A stretch of DNA of 64,000 bases from an uncultured Gemmatimonadaceae bacterium (GCA_963740355.1 CAVUDW010000003.1:2496001-2560000), one strand, 5' to 3'; shown: positions 20,209-29,870, counted from the stretch's first letter. Numbers and translations are program-made. The notes: a model not told the origin generated them from the sequence alone.

Positions 20209-21534
20209 CTACTTGACCAAGATGATCCGCTGATTGATCGGATACGGCCATTCGACGCCACGGGATGTGATGGTGGCGTCGTCTTCGAGGGGGATGCGCA
20301 ACTTCTTGCCGCCCCATTCGGGGATCGGTGTGTAGGCGAAGAGTTCGATCGAGAAGAGATTGCCGCTGCGCATCTCGTAGGTCAGCCGGCCGGGATTGAA
20401 GAACGCCATCGATGGCCCGATGCCGTGGCCCCAGTCGCCGACGCTGTGGCAGCCGATGATGAACTCGACGCTGGAGTCGGCGCGCGGTTGGTTGAAGCCA
20501 CGCATCTGCAGGATGCCGGCGCGGACGATGGCTGCGTTGATCGTATCCATCATCACTTGTGCCGTGCGACCAGGGCGAGCGGTGCGATGGATCACGTCGC
20601 GCACGCGCACGGCGTTGTCGAAAGCACGCTGGTAACTCTCGGGCAACTTCGTTTCGCCCGGCTTCAGCACGTACGCAATGCGCTTTTGGTCGGTCCACAT
20701 CGTGAGGTAGCCGACGCCGAAGTCGAGCATGATCAGGTCGCCGCGCTGGATGATGCGGTCGTTGCTGGTGGCTTCGATGCCATTCGGGCCGGTGATGTAG
20801 ACCGACGGCACACCGAATGAACTGCCGAGGTGGTGCTCGTATTGCTGCTGCTCGATCCACCACGCCACATCGGCCAGTGTCGTCACCCCTGGGGTGATGA
20901 CCTCATTCGACAGCGCACGCTCGGCGATCTGCCGGCCCATCTCGCCAGCTTCACCGAAGGCGACGATCTCGCTGGCGGTACGGCGTGACGAGAAATCGCT
21001 GACCATCTTTTCGCCGCTCACCAATCGCGCCGCGAACTGGGGGCCAAGCGTCTTCACGATCTGGTCGTGGATCGTCTTCGTCAGGCCGTCGGCCAGGCCC
21101 ATCTCGGTCGACGTATTGATCGCGATCCGCTTCGGATTCCGCGCCTGGACGAACTTCAGCAGGTCGGTGTCACCGTCGGGGATGTCGTATGCGCCGCACA
21201 GTTCCCGGTGATGATCCTCGATCCCCAGCGCCGCCCGCTCGATGCGATCGCCGCCGCGATCCGTGAACACGAAATACCCTACGGTGCCCGTGTACCCGCC
21301 GCCCAGCAACGCCGCCAGCGGATCATCGTGCCCTTCCTTCTGCGCCACGATCCACATGTCGACCCCATTCTCCCGCATCGCCTCGGGCAGGATGTGATCG
21401 AATTTTTCCTTGCGCATCTGGCACATCCGATCCCACCGCACCTTCACCTCCGGCAACACTGCTCTCTGCGCACCTACGCTCAGGGTCAGTGTTAACGTGG
21501 CGATCAGCATCGTTGCAGTGCGCTTTGTCATCAT
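20209..21534 (-). CDS. Secreted M24 family (Xaa-Pro) metallopeptidase
   Basis: GDLIMLDFGV, WTDQKR, CHSVGDWGHGIG, FSIE, LEDD metal ligands. The start was moved to 21534 because the upstream ORF extension lies inside repeat A2. Confidence 0.88.
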   Translation of the reverse strand: MMTKRTATMLIATLTLTLSVGAQRAVLPEVKVRWDRMCQMRKEKFDHILPEAMRENGVDMWIVAQKEGHDDPLAALLGGGYTGTVGYFVFTDRGGDRIERAALGIEDHHRELCGAYDIPDGDTDLLKFVQARNPKRIAINTSTEMGLADGLTKTIHDQIVKTLGPQFAARLVSGEKMVSDFSSRRTASEIVAFGEAGEMGRQIAERALSNEVITPGVTTLADVAWWIEQQQYEHHLGSSFGVPSVYITGPNGIEATSNDRIIQRGDLIMLDFGVGYLTMWTDQKRIAYVLKPGETKLPESYQRAFDNAVRVRDVIHRTARPGRTAQVMMDTINAAIVRAGILQMRGFNQPRADSSVEFIIGCHSVGDWGHGIGPSMAFFNPGRLTYEMRSGNLFSIELFAYTPIPEWGGKKLRIPLEDDATITSRGVEWPYPINQRIILVK

Positions 21535-21560
21535 TTTCGTCGGTGTCGTGGAAGGTCTTG

Positions 21561-22069
21561 AACTGCAAAACTGCCTTGACGCAAAACTGCTCAGGGGTAC
21601 TGCAACATTCGCAGGGAAAGGCGGCTGCCGCAAAACGGCAACAGCGAATCGCAGAGGCGCAAAGGCGCAGAGAACTGCAACTGCTGAACTGCAACTGCTG
21701 AACTGCCTTAACGCAGAACAGCTGAACTGCGATACTGCAACTGCCGCAGAACAGAACAGCCGCAGAACGGCAAGGGCAACTGCAACTGCTTTGGGAAAGG
21801 GCCTTGGAAGCGGAAGGTCGGTGGGCGAGCAGTTCCCACAAGAAATCAGGCTCTCGTGCCTATCGATCATCCGCTTCACGCGCGCAGTTTTGCGGCCGTA
21901 GGCAGTCTTGCGGCTGTTGCTGTATCCGTAAGCAGTTTTTGCGTCAAGGCAGTTCGCAGTTGCTCTGGCAGTTCTGCGGCAGTTCTGTTCTGCGGCTGTT
22001 CACTTCTGCGTTAAAGCAGTTGCAGTTCTCTGCGTCCCTATGCGCCTCTGCGTCTCTGCGATACGCTGT
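21561..22069. repeat. Repeat family A copy 2 (~510 bp)
   Basis: Arms ACAGCGAATCGCAGAGGCGCAAAGGCGCAGAGAACTGC and GCAGTTCTCTGCGTCCCTATGCGCCTCTGCGTCTCTGCGATACGCTGT; core CTGCTTTGGGAAAGGGCCTTGGAAGCGGAAGGTCGGTGGGCG. Confidence 0.92.
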
Positions 22070-23098
22070 TCAGGTTCCGGGCCGAAGATACTTGGCAAGG
22101 AACGCCCAGATTTCTTTTCGTGACTCGCGTGCAAGTCGAGTATCGATGCGATTGAATTCGTGGCCGCCGGGAGCTGCCTGGTAGACCTTGTATTCGAACT
22201 GCTTCCCCGCCGCCTTCAGCGCTTCGATCAGGTGTTCCACTTCCATCACGTTCACATCTTCGTCGATGGTGTTGGTGTGGACGAGCAGTGGGATGCGGAG
22301 TTTGGTGACGGAGTTGACCGGGCTGCGGCGACGGTATTCGTCGGGGTTGTCGACGGCGCTCTTGCCGATGAACTGGGTGAACGTTTCCTGGTAGCCAGGG
22401 CCTTTGTAGCCCATGCGCTGGATCAGGTCACTCACCGGCACGCCGGCGTAGGCGACCTTGTAGGCGTCGGGGTAGTTGAAGGCCTGGAACAGCGTCAGGT
22501 AGCCACCGTGGCTCCAGCCGAGCACACCGACGCGGGCGGCATCGACATTGGGGAGGTTCTCCACTGCCCAGTCGCGCGCAGCCTTCACGTCGTCGATCTC
22601 GCCACCACCGTAGTCGATCGCGTTGTACAGCTCCGAGCCGTAGCCCGTGCTGCCGCGATACTCCGGCGCCACCACCACGTAGCCCTGTTCGAGCAGTTCG
22701 CGCAGGATGTGTGAGTAGTAGCGATCGAACGAACCGTGCACGTAGCCGTGGATCAGGATCAGCAGCGGCGCCTTCTTCGTGCCCACGGACTTCGGCACGA
22801 ACGAATAGACCGGGAAACGCAGCGGTGTCCCCGATCCCTGCCCCGTCGGATTGTTGTTCCGCGCTGGCACCGGACTGGTGATCCACCACTTGTCCATCAC
22901 CGCGATGTCCTCCGTGCGTGCCCGCCACTCGAGGTCATCGACCTTCTTCTCCAACACCTCCATCTGCCGTGCCGAACCCTGCGCGATCTGCCGCGCCTGT
23001 GCCTCTGCGCTCGCCGGCGGCCCACCGCCGCCCTGCGCTCCCGCGCCCTCCGAGTACAACAGAACCGCACCAAGGAGCAACGACAATTTCAAGCGCAT
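22070..23098 (-). CDS. Secreted S9 family (prolyl oligopeptidase-like) serine peptidase
   Basis: Signal peptide, IHGYVHG, EYRGSTGYG, nucleophile GWSHGG, DEDV, GGHEF. Confidence 0.9.
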   Translation of the reverse strand: MRLKLSLLLGAVLLYSEGAGAQGGGGPPASAEAQARQIAQGSARQMEVLEKKVDDLEWRARTEDIAVMDKWWITSPVPARNNNPTGQGSGTPLRFPVYSFVPKSVGTKKAPLLILIHGYVHGSFDRYYSHILRELLEQGYVVVAPEYRGSTGYGSELYNAIDYGGGEIDDVKAARDWAVENLPNVDAARVGVLGWSHGGYLTLFQAFNYPDAYKVAYAGVPVSDLIQRMGYKGPGYQETFTQFIGKSAVDNPDEYRRRSPVNSVTKLRIPLLVHTNTIDEDVNVMEVEHLIEALKAAGKQFEYKVYQAAPGGHEFNRIDTRLARESRKEIWAFLAKYLRPGT

Positions 23099-23254
23099 GG
23101 ATTTGGCTGGCAAAGGCGAGACGAAATGGCGACCCACCATTCTCGCCACGCGCTGCGCGCCGCGAAAGCCTCTCTCCGATCACACATCCCTCCTACGCCT
23201 CGAACTTGGTTGCCCTTCAATCGCGCTCCGGACCTAGGCCGCACATGCTCGCTC

Positions 23255-23612
23255 GCGGCGACGCTGCGCTTTCGCCCTGCGGTCCACACTCCCTCACGCG
23301 GAGCCGCGGGGGACGCGGAGACGCGGGGGACAGCATCGGACGCCTATGGCGGCGGAGGGGTCAAGAGCGGAACAAGAGCAACAGCTCTTTAGGGGTTGGA
23401 TGCGCTCGCGACCTTCATGCCCACAGCCTGTGCAGTTCCCCAACAAAGCAGAGTTTCCGAGCGCCACGCGAACTCCCCTCCGCTGACGAGGAAGAATCAG
23501 CAACCACCTTGGCGAAAGGCGGGTTGCACGAACGCCGGGCGAAAGCGCAGCGTCGCCCCACAGGCCGTTGCTCTCCTCCGCGTCTCCGCGTCCCCCGCGG
23601 CTCCGCGTGAGG
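23255..23612. repeat. Repeat family C: perfect 35-bp inverted repeat pair plus a second inverted block
   Basis: CCTCACGCGGAGCCGCGGGGGACGCGGAGACGCGG (23292-23326) is the exact reverse complement of 23578-23612. GGCGACGCTGCGCTTTCGCCC (23257) pairs with GGGCGAAAGCGCAGCGTCGCC (23537). Confidence 0.9.
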
Positions 23613-23864
23613 AAGTGCAGACCAGCAGGCGACGGATACGGAGCATCAGCAGCGCGGAGTTCCGGCAGTGCGTGCTGGAGGTTCCTCGTTGAGGTTCGCC
23701 AAGGCTGTTCGCGTCACCATCGCTCTTTCGATGTCGCAGGAACGAGCCACCCTTGCGCGCCAGTGACAGTCTTGAAATGAGCCAGATCAATTGACGCGCT
23801 GGGTTCAGTGGATTGATTCAGGGCAGGAGAGGGTTTCCACGACGCCGACCGACGCTGGCCCTGC

Positions 23865-26342
23865 ATGGATGCTACCGACCGACCAGCAAGCGATGTGATG
23901 CCTGCCGCGCATCTCGCGCTCGCAAACCAGATGGCCCTGCTCGAAACGGTCTTCGAGCGCGCGCCCGTCGGTCTCGGCGTGGTCGATTGCGACTTCCGCT
24001 ACCTGCACGTCAACAGCGCGCTCGCCGCCATCAATGGGCTGCCAGCCGCCGACCACATCGGGCGCCGGCCGAGCGAAGTCGTGCCGAAGCTCTGGCCGCA
24101 GATCCAGGCCGTATACAACGCCGTGCTGCGCGGCGAGACCGTCGTCAATCACGAGATCAGCGGTGTCATCGAAGCCGGGCCCGGCGGAAGGGAAACCCGG
24201 CACTGGCTCACCAGCTACTACCCCGTCCGGCAGGGCAACGCAATCATCGGGATCGGCATCGTCGTCAATGATGTGACCGAGATGCGTCGCTACCGCGATG
24301 CCCTGCGGATCCGGACCGATCTCTACGCCATGATCTCGCGCACCAGTCGCGCGGCCGTCGAACGACAGACGCCACTCGAGCTGTACGAGGACATCTGTCG
24401 CGTCGCCGTCGAGACTGGCCACTTCCGCTTCGCCTGGATCGGTGTGCCGGATGGTGATCGCGTAAGCATGATCGCGTCGGCCGGTGACGATCATGGGTAC
24501 ATGTCGGAGCTCGTCATCACACTCGACGAAAACGACCCACGGTCGCATGGTCCCACCGGCACTGCGGCGCGCACCGGCACGTCGTCGGTCGTGAATGTGT
24601 TCCATGCCGAAGATTCAACGCGGCCGTGGCACGACCTCGCCGAAGGCGCTGGCTTTGCGGCATCGGCCGCGTTCCCGCTGTTCGAACGCGGGAAGGTCGC
24701 ATCAGTCATCACGCTCTATGCGTCAACCGCCGGGTTCTTCACCCAGGAGCTCCTCGATACACTGGGCGAGATCAGCCCGATCGTGTCCTTCGGCCTCGAC
24801 TCGATGGCGGCCGAAGCCGCGAAGCGTCGGGACGATGCAGAGCTGCGGTTGCGCGACCGTGTGATCCGCGCCGTCTCATCCGGGATCTGCATCACCGACC
24901 CGACGCAGCGCGACAACCCGATGATCTTCGTCAGTCCCGGCTTCGAAAAGTTGACCGGCTACTCAGCAGCGGAAGTCATCGGACATAACTGTCGTTTGTT
25001 GCAGGGCCCGCAGACCGACGCCGAGGATGTCGCGAAGATTCGTGAGGCGGTGCGGGCCGGGCGTGGGTGCACGGTCGAATTGATGAACTACAAGAAGGAT
25101 GGCACGCCGTTCTGGAACGAGCTCACCATCTCGCCGGTCGCCGACGAACATGGCACGCTGACACACTTTGTCGGCGTGCAGTCCGATGTCACGGAACGCC
25201 GCGCGCTCGAAGCGCAGATGCGTCAGTCGCAGAAGATGGAAGCCGTCGGCCAACTCGCCAGCGGGGTCGCACACGACTTCAACAACCTGCTCACCGTCAT
25301 CGATGTCTGCAGCGAGATGCTGGCGCGCATGCTGCAGAAGCAGCCTGACGCCCTCGAGCTCTGCGTCGAGGTGCAGAAGGCTGGTGAACGTGCCGGCACG
25401 CTGACACGGCAATTGCTCACCTTCAGCCGCAAGCAGGTCGTTGCGCCACGCATTGTCGATGTGAACCTGTTGGTGCGCGATAGCGAGAAGATGCTGCGCC
25501 GCCTGATCGGTGAGCACATCCTGCTCGCGATCAAGCTCGGGCCGACGGTGGGTTCAGTGGTGGTCGATCCAGGCCAGCTTGAGCAGGTGCTGGTGAACCT
25601 CGCCGTCAATGCGCGAGACGCCATGCCGACCGGCGGACGTCTGGCGGTCACCACCAGCAATGTGTCACTCGACGAGGCGCTTGGCCCGCTCGATCCCGGC
25701 CAGTACATCATGCTCGAGGTGAGCGATACCGGCAACGGCATGGACTCGGCGATTCTCTCGCAGATATTCGAGCCGTTCTTCACCACCAAGCCCACCGGTC
25801 ATGGCACGGGCCTGGGCCTCGCCACGGTGCGATCGATCGTTGAACAGGCGCGCGGCCATGTGGTCGTCGAGAGTGCACCAGGACTCGGCACGAAGTTTCG
25901 CGTCTATCTCCCGCGCGACATGACGGAGATGGAAGAGACGACGATCCGTCTCCTACCGGGCAGCATGCCACGCGGCACAGAGACCATTCTCCTGGTCGAG
26001 GATGACGATGCGGTCCGCCTCCTCGGCCAGCGCGCGCTCGCGCAGTGTGGCTACATCGTGCTCCCCGCTGCCGATGGTCACGCCGCGCTCGAATTCGCCC
26101 GCGCCTATCCCAACGACATCGACCTGCTCGTCTCCGACGTCGTGATGCCCCACCTCGGCGGCCGCAAACTCGCCGAAGCCATCGCCAAGATCCGTCCCAG
26201 CACAAAGGTGATGTTCGTCTCCGGCTACACCGACGATCAGGTGCTGCTGCATGGCGTCGTGCACTCCGAAGTCACGATGCTGCAAAAGCCCTACTCCATC
26301 GCGACCCTCGCGCAGACCGTCCGTCGAGTGCTCGATACGTAG
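23865..26342 (+). CDS. Hybrid histidine kinase PAS-GAF-LOV-HisKA-HATPase-REC (putative blue-light sensor)
   Basis: LOV motif ITDPTQRDNPMIFVS..GHNCRLLQGP..NYKKDGTPFWN..FVGVQ; H-box GVAHDFNNLL; receiver LVEDD..SDVVMP..KP. Confidence 0.93.
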   Translation: MDATDRPASDVMPAAHLALANQMALLETVFERAPVGLGVVDCDFRYLHVNSALAAINGLPAADHIGRRPSEVVPKLWPQIQAVYNAVLRGETVVNHEISGVIEAGPGGRETRHWLTSYYPVRQGNAIIGIGIVVNDVTEMRRYRDALRIRTDLYAMISRTSRAAVERQTPLELYEDICRVAVETGHFRFAWIGVPDGDRVSMIASAGDDHGYMSELVITLDENDPRSHGPTGTAARTGTSSVVNVFHAEDSTRPWHDLAEGAGFAASAAFPLFERGKVASVITLYASTAGFFTQELLDTLGEISPIVSFGLDSMAAEAAKRRDDAELRLRDRVIRAVSSGICITDPTQRDNPMIFVSPGFEKLTGYSAAEVIGHNCRLLQGPQTDAEDVAKIREAVRAGRGCTVELMNYKKDGTPFWNELTISPVADEHGTLTHFVGVQSDVTERRALEAQMRQSQKMEAVGQLASGVAHDFNNLLTVIDVCSEMLARMLQKQPDALELCVEVQKAGERAGTLTRQLLTFSRKQVVAPRIVDVNLLVRDSEKMLRRLIGEHILLAIKLGPTVGSVVVDPGQLEQVLVNLAVNARDAMPTGGRLAVTTSNVSLDEALGPLDPGQYIMLEVSDTGNGMDSAILSQIFEPFFTTKPTGHGTGLGLATVRSIVEQARGHVVVESAPGLGTKFRVYLPRDMTEMEETTIRLLPGSMPRGTETILLVEDDDAVRLLGQRALAQCGYIVLPAADGHAALEFARAYPNDIDLLVSDVVMPHLGGRKLAEAIAKIRPSTKVMFVSGYTDDQVLLHGVVHSEVTMLQKPYSIATLAQTVRRVLDT

Positions 26343-26356
26343 ATCCTTCGTGCTAC

Positions 26357-26680
26357 TGCAAATCGCAGAGACGCAGAGACGCAGAGAACTGCAACTGCCT
26401 TAACGCAGAACAGATGAACAGCGGTACTGCAACTGCCGCAGAACTGAACAGCCGCAGAACTGCAAGGGCAACTGCAACTGCTTTGGTAAAGGGCCTTGGA
26501 AGCGGAAGGTCGGTGGGCGAGTCGTTCCCTCAAAGAATCAGCCGCAACCCTCGACCAACCTTCCAGCATTCACACGCAGTTCTGCGGCTGTTCTGTTCTG
26601 CGGCTGTTCACTTCTGCGTTAAGGTAGTTGCAGTTCTCTGCGTCCCTCTGCGCCTCTGCGTTAAAGCAGTTGCAGTTCTC
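26357..26680. repeat. Repeat family A copy 3 (~325 bp)
   Basis: Arms GCAGAGACGCAGAGAACTGCAACTGCCTTAACGCAGAA and TTCTGCGTTAAGGTAGTTGCAGTTCTCTGCG; same core CTGCTTTGGTAAAGGGCCTTGGAAGCGGAAGGTCGGTGGGCG. Confidence 0.92.
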
Positions 26681-27904
26681 TCAGCCGTGTAGAAAAGTCT
26701 CGAGTTTACGCCCGACCGCATCCGCACCGAATCTCGCTCGCACGCTCGCGTCAGCCGCGATACGCCGGGAGTCAGCCTGGGAGTCTGTCAGTGCGAGGGT
26801 GCGCTTGATGGCTGACGCGATGGAGTCGGCGTCGAAGGGATCACAGAGTTCGCCGATGGCACCGTCTTCGAGGATTTCGCGCGGGCCGCCGTGATTCGAG
26901 CCGACCATCAGCAAGCCGCGCGAGGCTGCTTCGGGGAAGACCATGCCGAAGGGTTCGTCCACCGGTGCGAAGGCGAACACGTCACACTCGGCGGACAAGA
27001 CATCCAGCTCCGCCGTCTGCAGGTAGCCGTGGAATTTCACGGCGCCCGGTGCCTCCGATGCGGCGAGTTTCTCCAGCGCCTTGCGACGCGCGCCACTGCC
27101 GACCACGTGCAGGATGGCCTGCTTGTGCACCTTGCGCACGATCGCGAACGCACGAATCAACGTGTCGATGTTCTTTGGAATGCCGAGTCGTGTCTGCACC
27201 AAGATCTGCGGTGCGCCACGACGCAGGCCGTGGCGTGGTGGTGCCGATTCGGCGAAGCGGACCATCGGGTACACCACTTCCGTGTCGGTGCGTCCCGTCG
27301 CTTCGCGCACACAGTCGGCACCGTATTGCGAGAGACTCGCCACCGCATCGAGTGAGCAGACGCCCCGACCGTCGAACGATCGCAGCTCCCGCTGCTGGCG
27401 TTCCTTCCAGGGCAGCATGCGCGCCATCAGGCCACGGCGCATCAGGCGTCGCGCCACCTGCTGCGTCGCGAAGTCGTTCGCTGCGTCGCCCATCATTTCG
27501 GCGTGATGCGCAGCTTTCGGATTTCCCTCGCGCACGTACAGCGAGCGGTACGGCTCGCAGGCGTACCAGACGCGGCGCGCATCGGCGGTGGCAGCCGTCA
27601 GCGGCGCACAGGGGTAGTTGTACGCCATGATCACGTCAGCGTCGCGCAGGAACGGGCGGGCGCGGTCGATCAGTTCCGGCATCATCGCGGTCGTCAGCGA
27701 TTCCATCTTCTTCACGCCCTTCGGCAGCCCGATCTCCTCGACCCTCAGTCCCTGCAGCTGCGTTGCGCACGCCGCCGTATCTGCCCGCAAGGCGACGATA
27801 CGCACCGTGTGCCCAGCGGCAGCCAGCCAGCGCGCCTGCGTCGCCAGCAGGACTTCTGCGCCGCCGAACGAGGTGAAGTGACTGTGGAAGATCGTGACAC
27901 GCAT
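26681..27904 (-). CDS. Glycosyltransferase family 4
   Basis: FGGAE N-terminal motif, RLGIPKNID, DEPFGMVFPEA, GGPREI. Confidence 0.9.
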   Translation of the reverse strand: MRVTIFHSHFTSFGGAEVLLATQARWLAAAGHTVRIVALRADTAACATQLQGLRVEEIGLPKGVKKMESLTTAMMPELIDRARPFLRDADVIMAYNYPCAPLTAATADARRVWYACEPYRSLYVREGNPKAAHHAEMMGDAANDFATQQVARRLMRRGLMARMLPWKERQQRELRSFDGRGVCSLDAVASLSQYGADCVREATGRTDTEVVYPMVRFAESAPPRHGLRRGAPQILVQTRLGIPKNIDTLIRAFAIVRKVHKQAILHVVGSGARRKALEKLAASEAPGAVKFHGYLQTAELDVLSAECDVFAFAPVDEPFGMVFPEAASRGLLMVGSNHGGPREILEDGAIGELCDPFDADSIASAIKRTLALTDSQADSRRIAADASVRARFGADAVGRKLETFLHG

Positions 27905-28135
27905 GATCAAGCCTCGGTCCGGCGAAGAATCTTCGGGCGCTGCGCTACCCGCATGAGACAATCAGGAGTGATATATCTGAATGACAAGGCTTTCCTATTA
28001 TCTCCCGGTTCCGAACCGCGCGGAGCGCCGCAGGGTGCCAGACCGTATCCCATCACCAGAGCAGCAACCGTGCCCTCGTTCAGACGGACACCGATGAGCG
28101 CGTCTTCCCTACCAACCGTTCGGTCCAGCTGACTC

Positions 28136-28642
28136 GTGTGGCATGATCTGCTGGAGTTGCTCCGGAGCGGTACCACCCTCATCGAGCACTCGTCACCGGG
28201 TGTCGCGCTGTCGGTGGCGTTCGCGCTTGGCTTTTTCTTTGGTGCCATCCCCGCGGGCGCGGCCGAACTGCTGGCGCTGGCCGCCGGCACCGTCACGCAG
28301 CGCGAGCTGGTATTCCCTCTGTTGCTGCTGATCACCGCCGGTCACATCCTCGGCAAGCTGCTCTGGTACTGGCTCGGGACGTTCGAGGATCGGGTGACGA
28401 ACGCGAAGGCGCGGGCCTGGATCGAGAAGGCGAACGACCTGCAGGGCCGCCATCCTCGACTTGGCTTCGGCGTGATTCTCAGCTCGTCGTTCGCCAGCCT
28501 GCCCCCGTTTCACCTCTCGACCATCAGCGCCGGCGTCGTGCGGATGCCGCTCGCCAGTTACACAATCGCGGCATTTCTTGGCCGATTGGGTCGATTCGCG
28601 CTGGTAGCGATGGTTCCGGGGATGATGCGATACTTTTTCTGA
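28136..28642 (+). CDS. DedA/VTT (SNARE-associated-like) membrane protein
   Basis: GHILGKLLWYWLG, SLPPF..ISAG..MP..GRLGRF. Confidence 0.75.
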   Translation: MWHDLLELLRSGTTLIEHSSPGVALSVAFALGFFFGAIPAGAAELLALAAGTVTQRELVFPLLLLITAGHILGKLLWYWLGTFEDRVTNAKARAWIEKANDLQGRHPRLGFGVILSSSFASLPPFHLSTISAGVVRMPLASYTIAAFLGRLGRFALVAMVPGMMRYFF

Positions 28643-28697
28643 CGTCGTCCGCCCGAGTTCGCCTGAAGGTGTCCGCTCCCCATTCGTCAGCGACCCG

Positions 28698-29870
28698 ATG
28701 AGCTACACGCCCCCCACCCCCGGCTGGCTGACGCGCACCCTCTGGAAGGCCGCCGGCGCCGACGAGACGCTGCTCCGGCAGTGCAACTACAACGAACATG
28801 TGAAGTTCGTCGGCCTGGGCGGCATTGTCGCGGCGACCGGCGTGCTGGCCGGCCTCGCCGGCGGCTACGCATTCTGGACCATCTTCCGCCCGAAGGGCGA
28901 CACCGGCACCACCCTCGCCGTCGCACTGGCCGCACTCGGCTCGATCGTGATGGGCGCGTTGTGGGGCGCGATCATCTTCAACCTCGATCGCTACATCGTC
29001 GCCAGCACCGGCAAGGGTGACGGCACCGAAGCCATCACCCGCCGCGAGCTGACCAACGCACTCCCTCGCATGGTGCTCGGCGCGATCATCGGCCTGACGA
29101 TTTCGGCGCCGCTCGAAACACGCATCTTCGAGCCTGAGATCAACACCGCGTTGCGACGGGTGCGACAGGAAAAGATCGTCGAATACCGCACCACCACCGA
29201 AGCCAACTTCACCAAGACCTTCGGCGACCTGATCGAGCAGCAGAAGGTGTGGCAGCAAGAGGTGGATGCGCAGCGCCTGCGCGCCGATTCTGCGCAAGCT
29301 CGTGCCACCGCCGAGATGGACGGAAGCGGCGGCAGCAAGTTCCGCAGCCAAGGGCCCATCTATCGCGCGAAGCAGAAGATCGCCGATGACGAGAAGGCGA
29401 AACTCGAGGAAGTGCGCGCGCGGGTGAAGCCGCACATCGATGATCTCGAGACCACCCTCGCCACGCGTCGCGCCGAGCGTGACAAGGAACTCAAGTTCAA
29501 CGAAGAGACCATCGCACGGTTGGATGGTTTGCAGATCCGGATGAAGCTGGCCGAGGAAGTGGCAGGGCCGGGCGTGACCTGGATGATTCGCTTGTTGTTC
29601 CTCGCGATCGAGCTGACGCCGATCTTCTTCAAGCTGATGATCATCAAGGGTCCGTACGACTACCTCGAGGAGAACGCGAAGGAGTTCATCAAGGCCAGCC
29701 GCGGGATCAACACCAAGTATGAGTACGTGCAGGTCGAAGGCACACCGCTGATGTCAGAGCGGACGGTGTTCACGGAGGCCGAACGCGAGCGCGAGCGACT
29801 CGCCCCGCCGAAGCCTGTGGATCCAGTGCTAACGCGCGACGACACCGGATCGCAGCGTGCGCTCACCTGA
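28698..29870 (+). CDS. DUF4407-like membrane/coiled-coil protein
   Basis: WKAAGAD..LL, WGAIIFNLDRYIV, PRMVLGAIIG..ISAPLETRIF, E.DGSGGS..GP, LAIELTPIFFK. Confidence 0.78.
   Translation: MSYTPPTPGWLTRTLWKAAGADETLLRQCNYNEHVKFVGLGGIVAATGVLAGLAGGYAFWTIFRPKGDTGTTLAVALAALGSIVMGALWGAIIFNLDRYIVASTGKGDGTEAITRRELTNALPRMVLGAIIGLTISAPLETRIFEPEINTALRRVRQEKIVEYRTTTEANFTKTFGDLIEQQKVWQQEVDAQRLRADSAQARATAEMDGSGGSKFRSQGPIYRAKQKIADDEKAKLEEVRARVKPHIDDLETTLATRRAERDKELKFNEETIARLDGLQIRMKLAEEVAGPGVTWMIRLLFLAIELTPIFFKLMIIKGPYDYLEENAKEFIKASRGINTKYEYVQVEGTPLMSERTVFTEAERERERLAPPKPVDPVLTRDDTGSQRALT

Noticed and set aside
21535..21879. N-terminal extension of the M24 ORF, and other ORFs within repeats (12053-12558, 15451-16543, 26291-26569)
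   Set aside because: These are low-complexity translations (AVAV, NCNC, LQLQ) of the non-coding repeats.
10703..26680. Integron cassette array (AAC...GTT palindromes between single genes)
   Set aside because: The flanked genes are in mixed orientation and include core genes, the elements are far longer than attC sites, and no intI is present.
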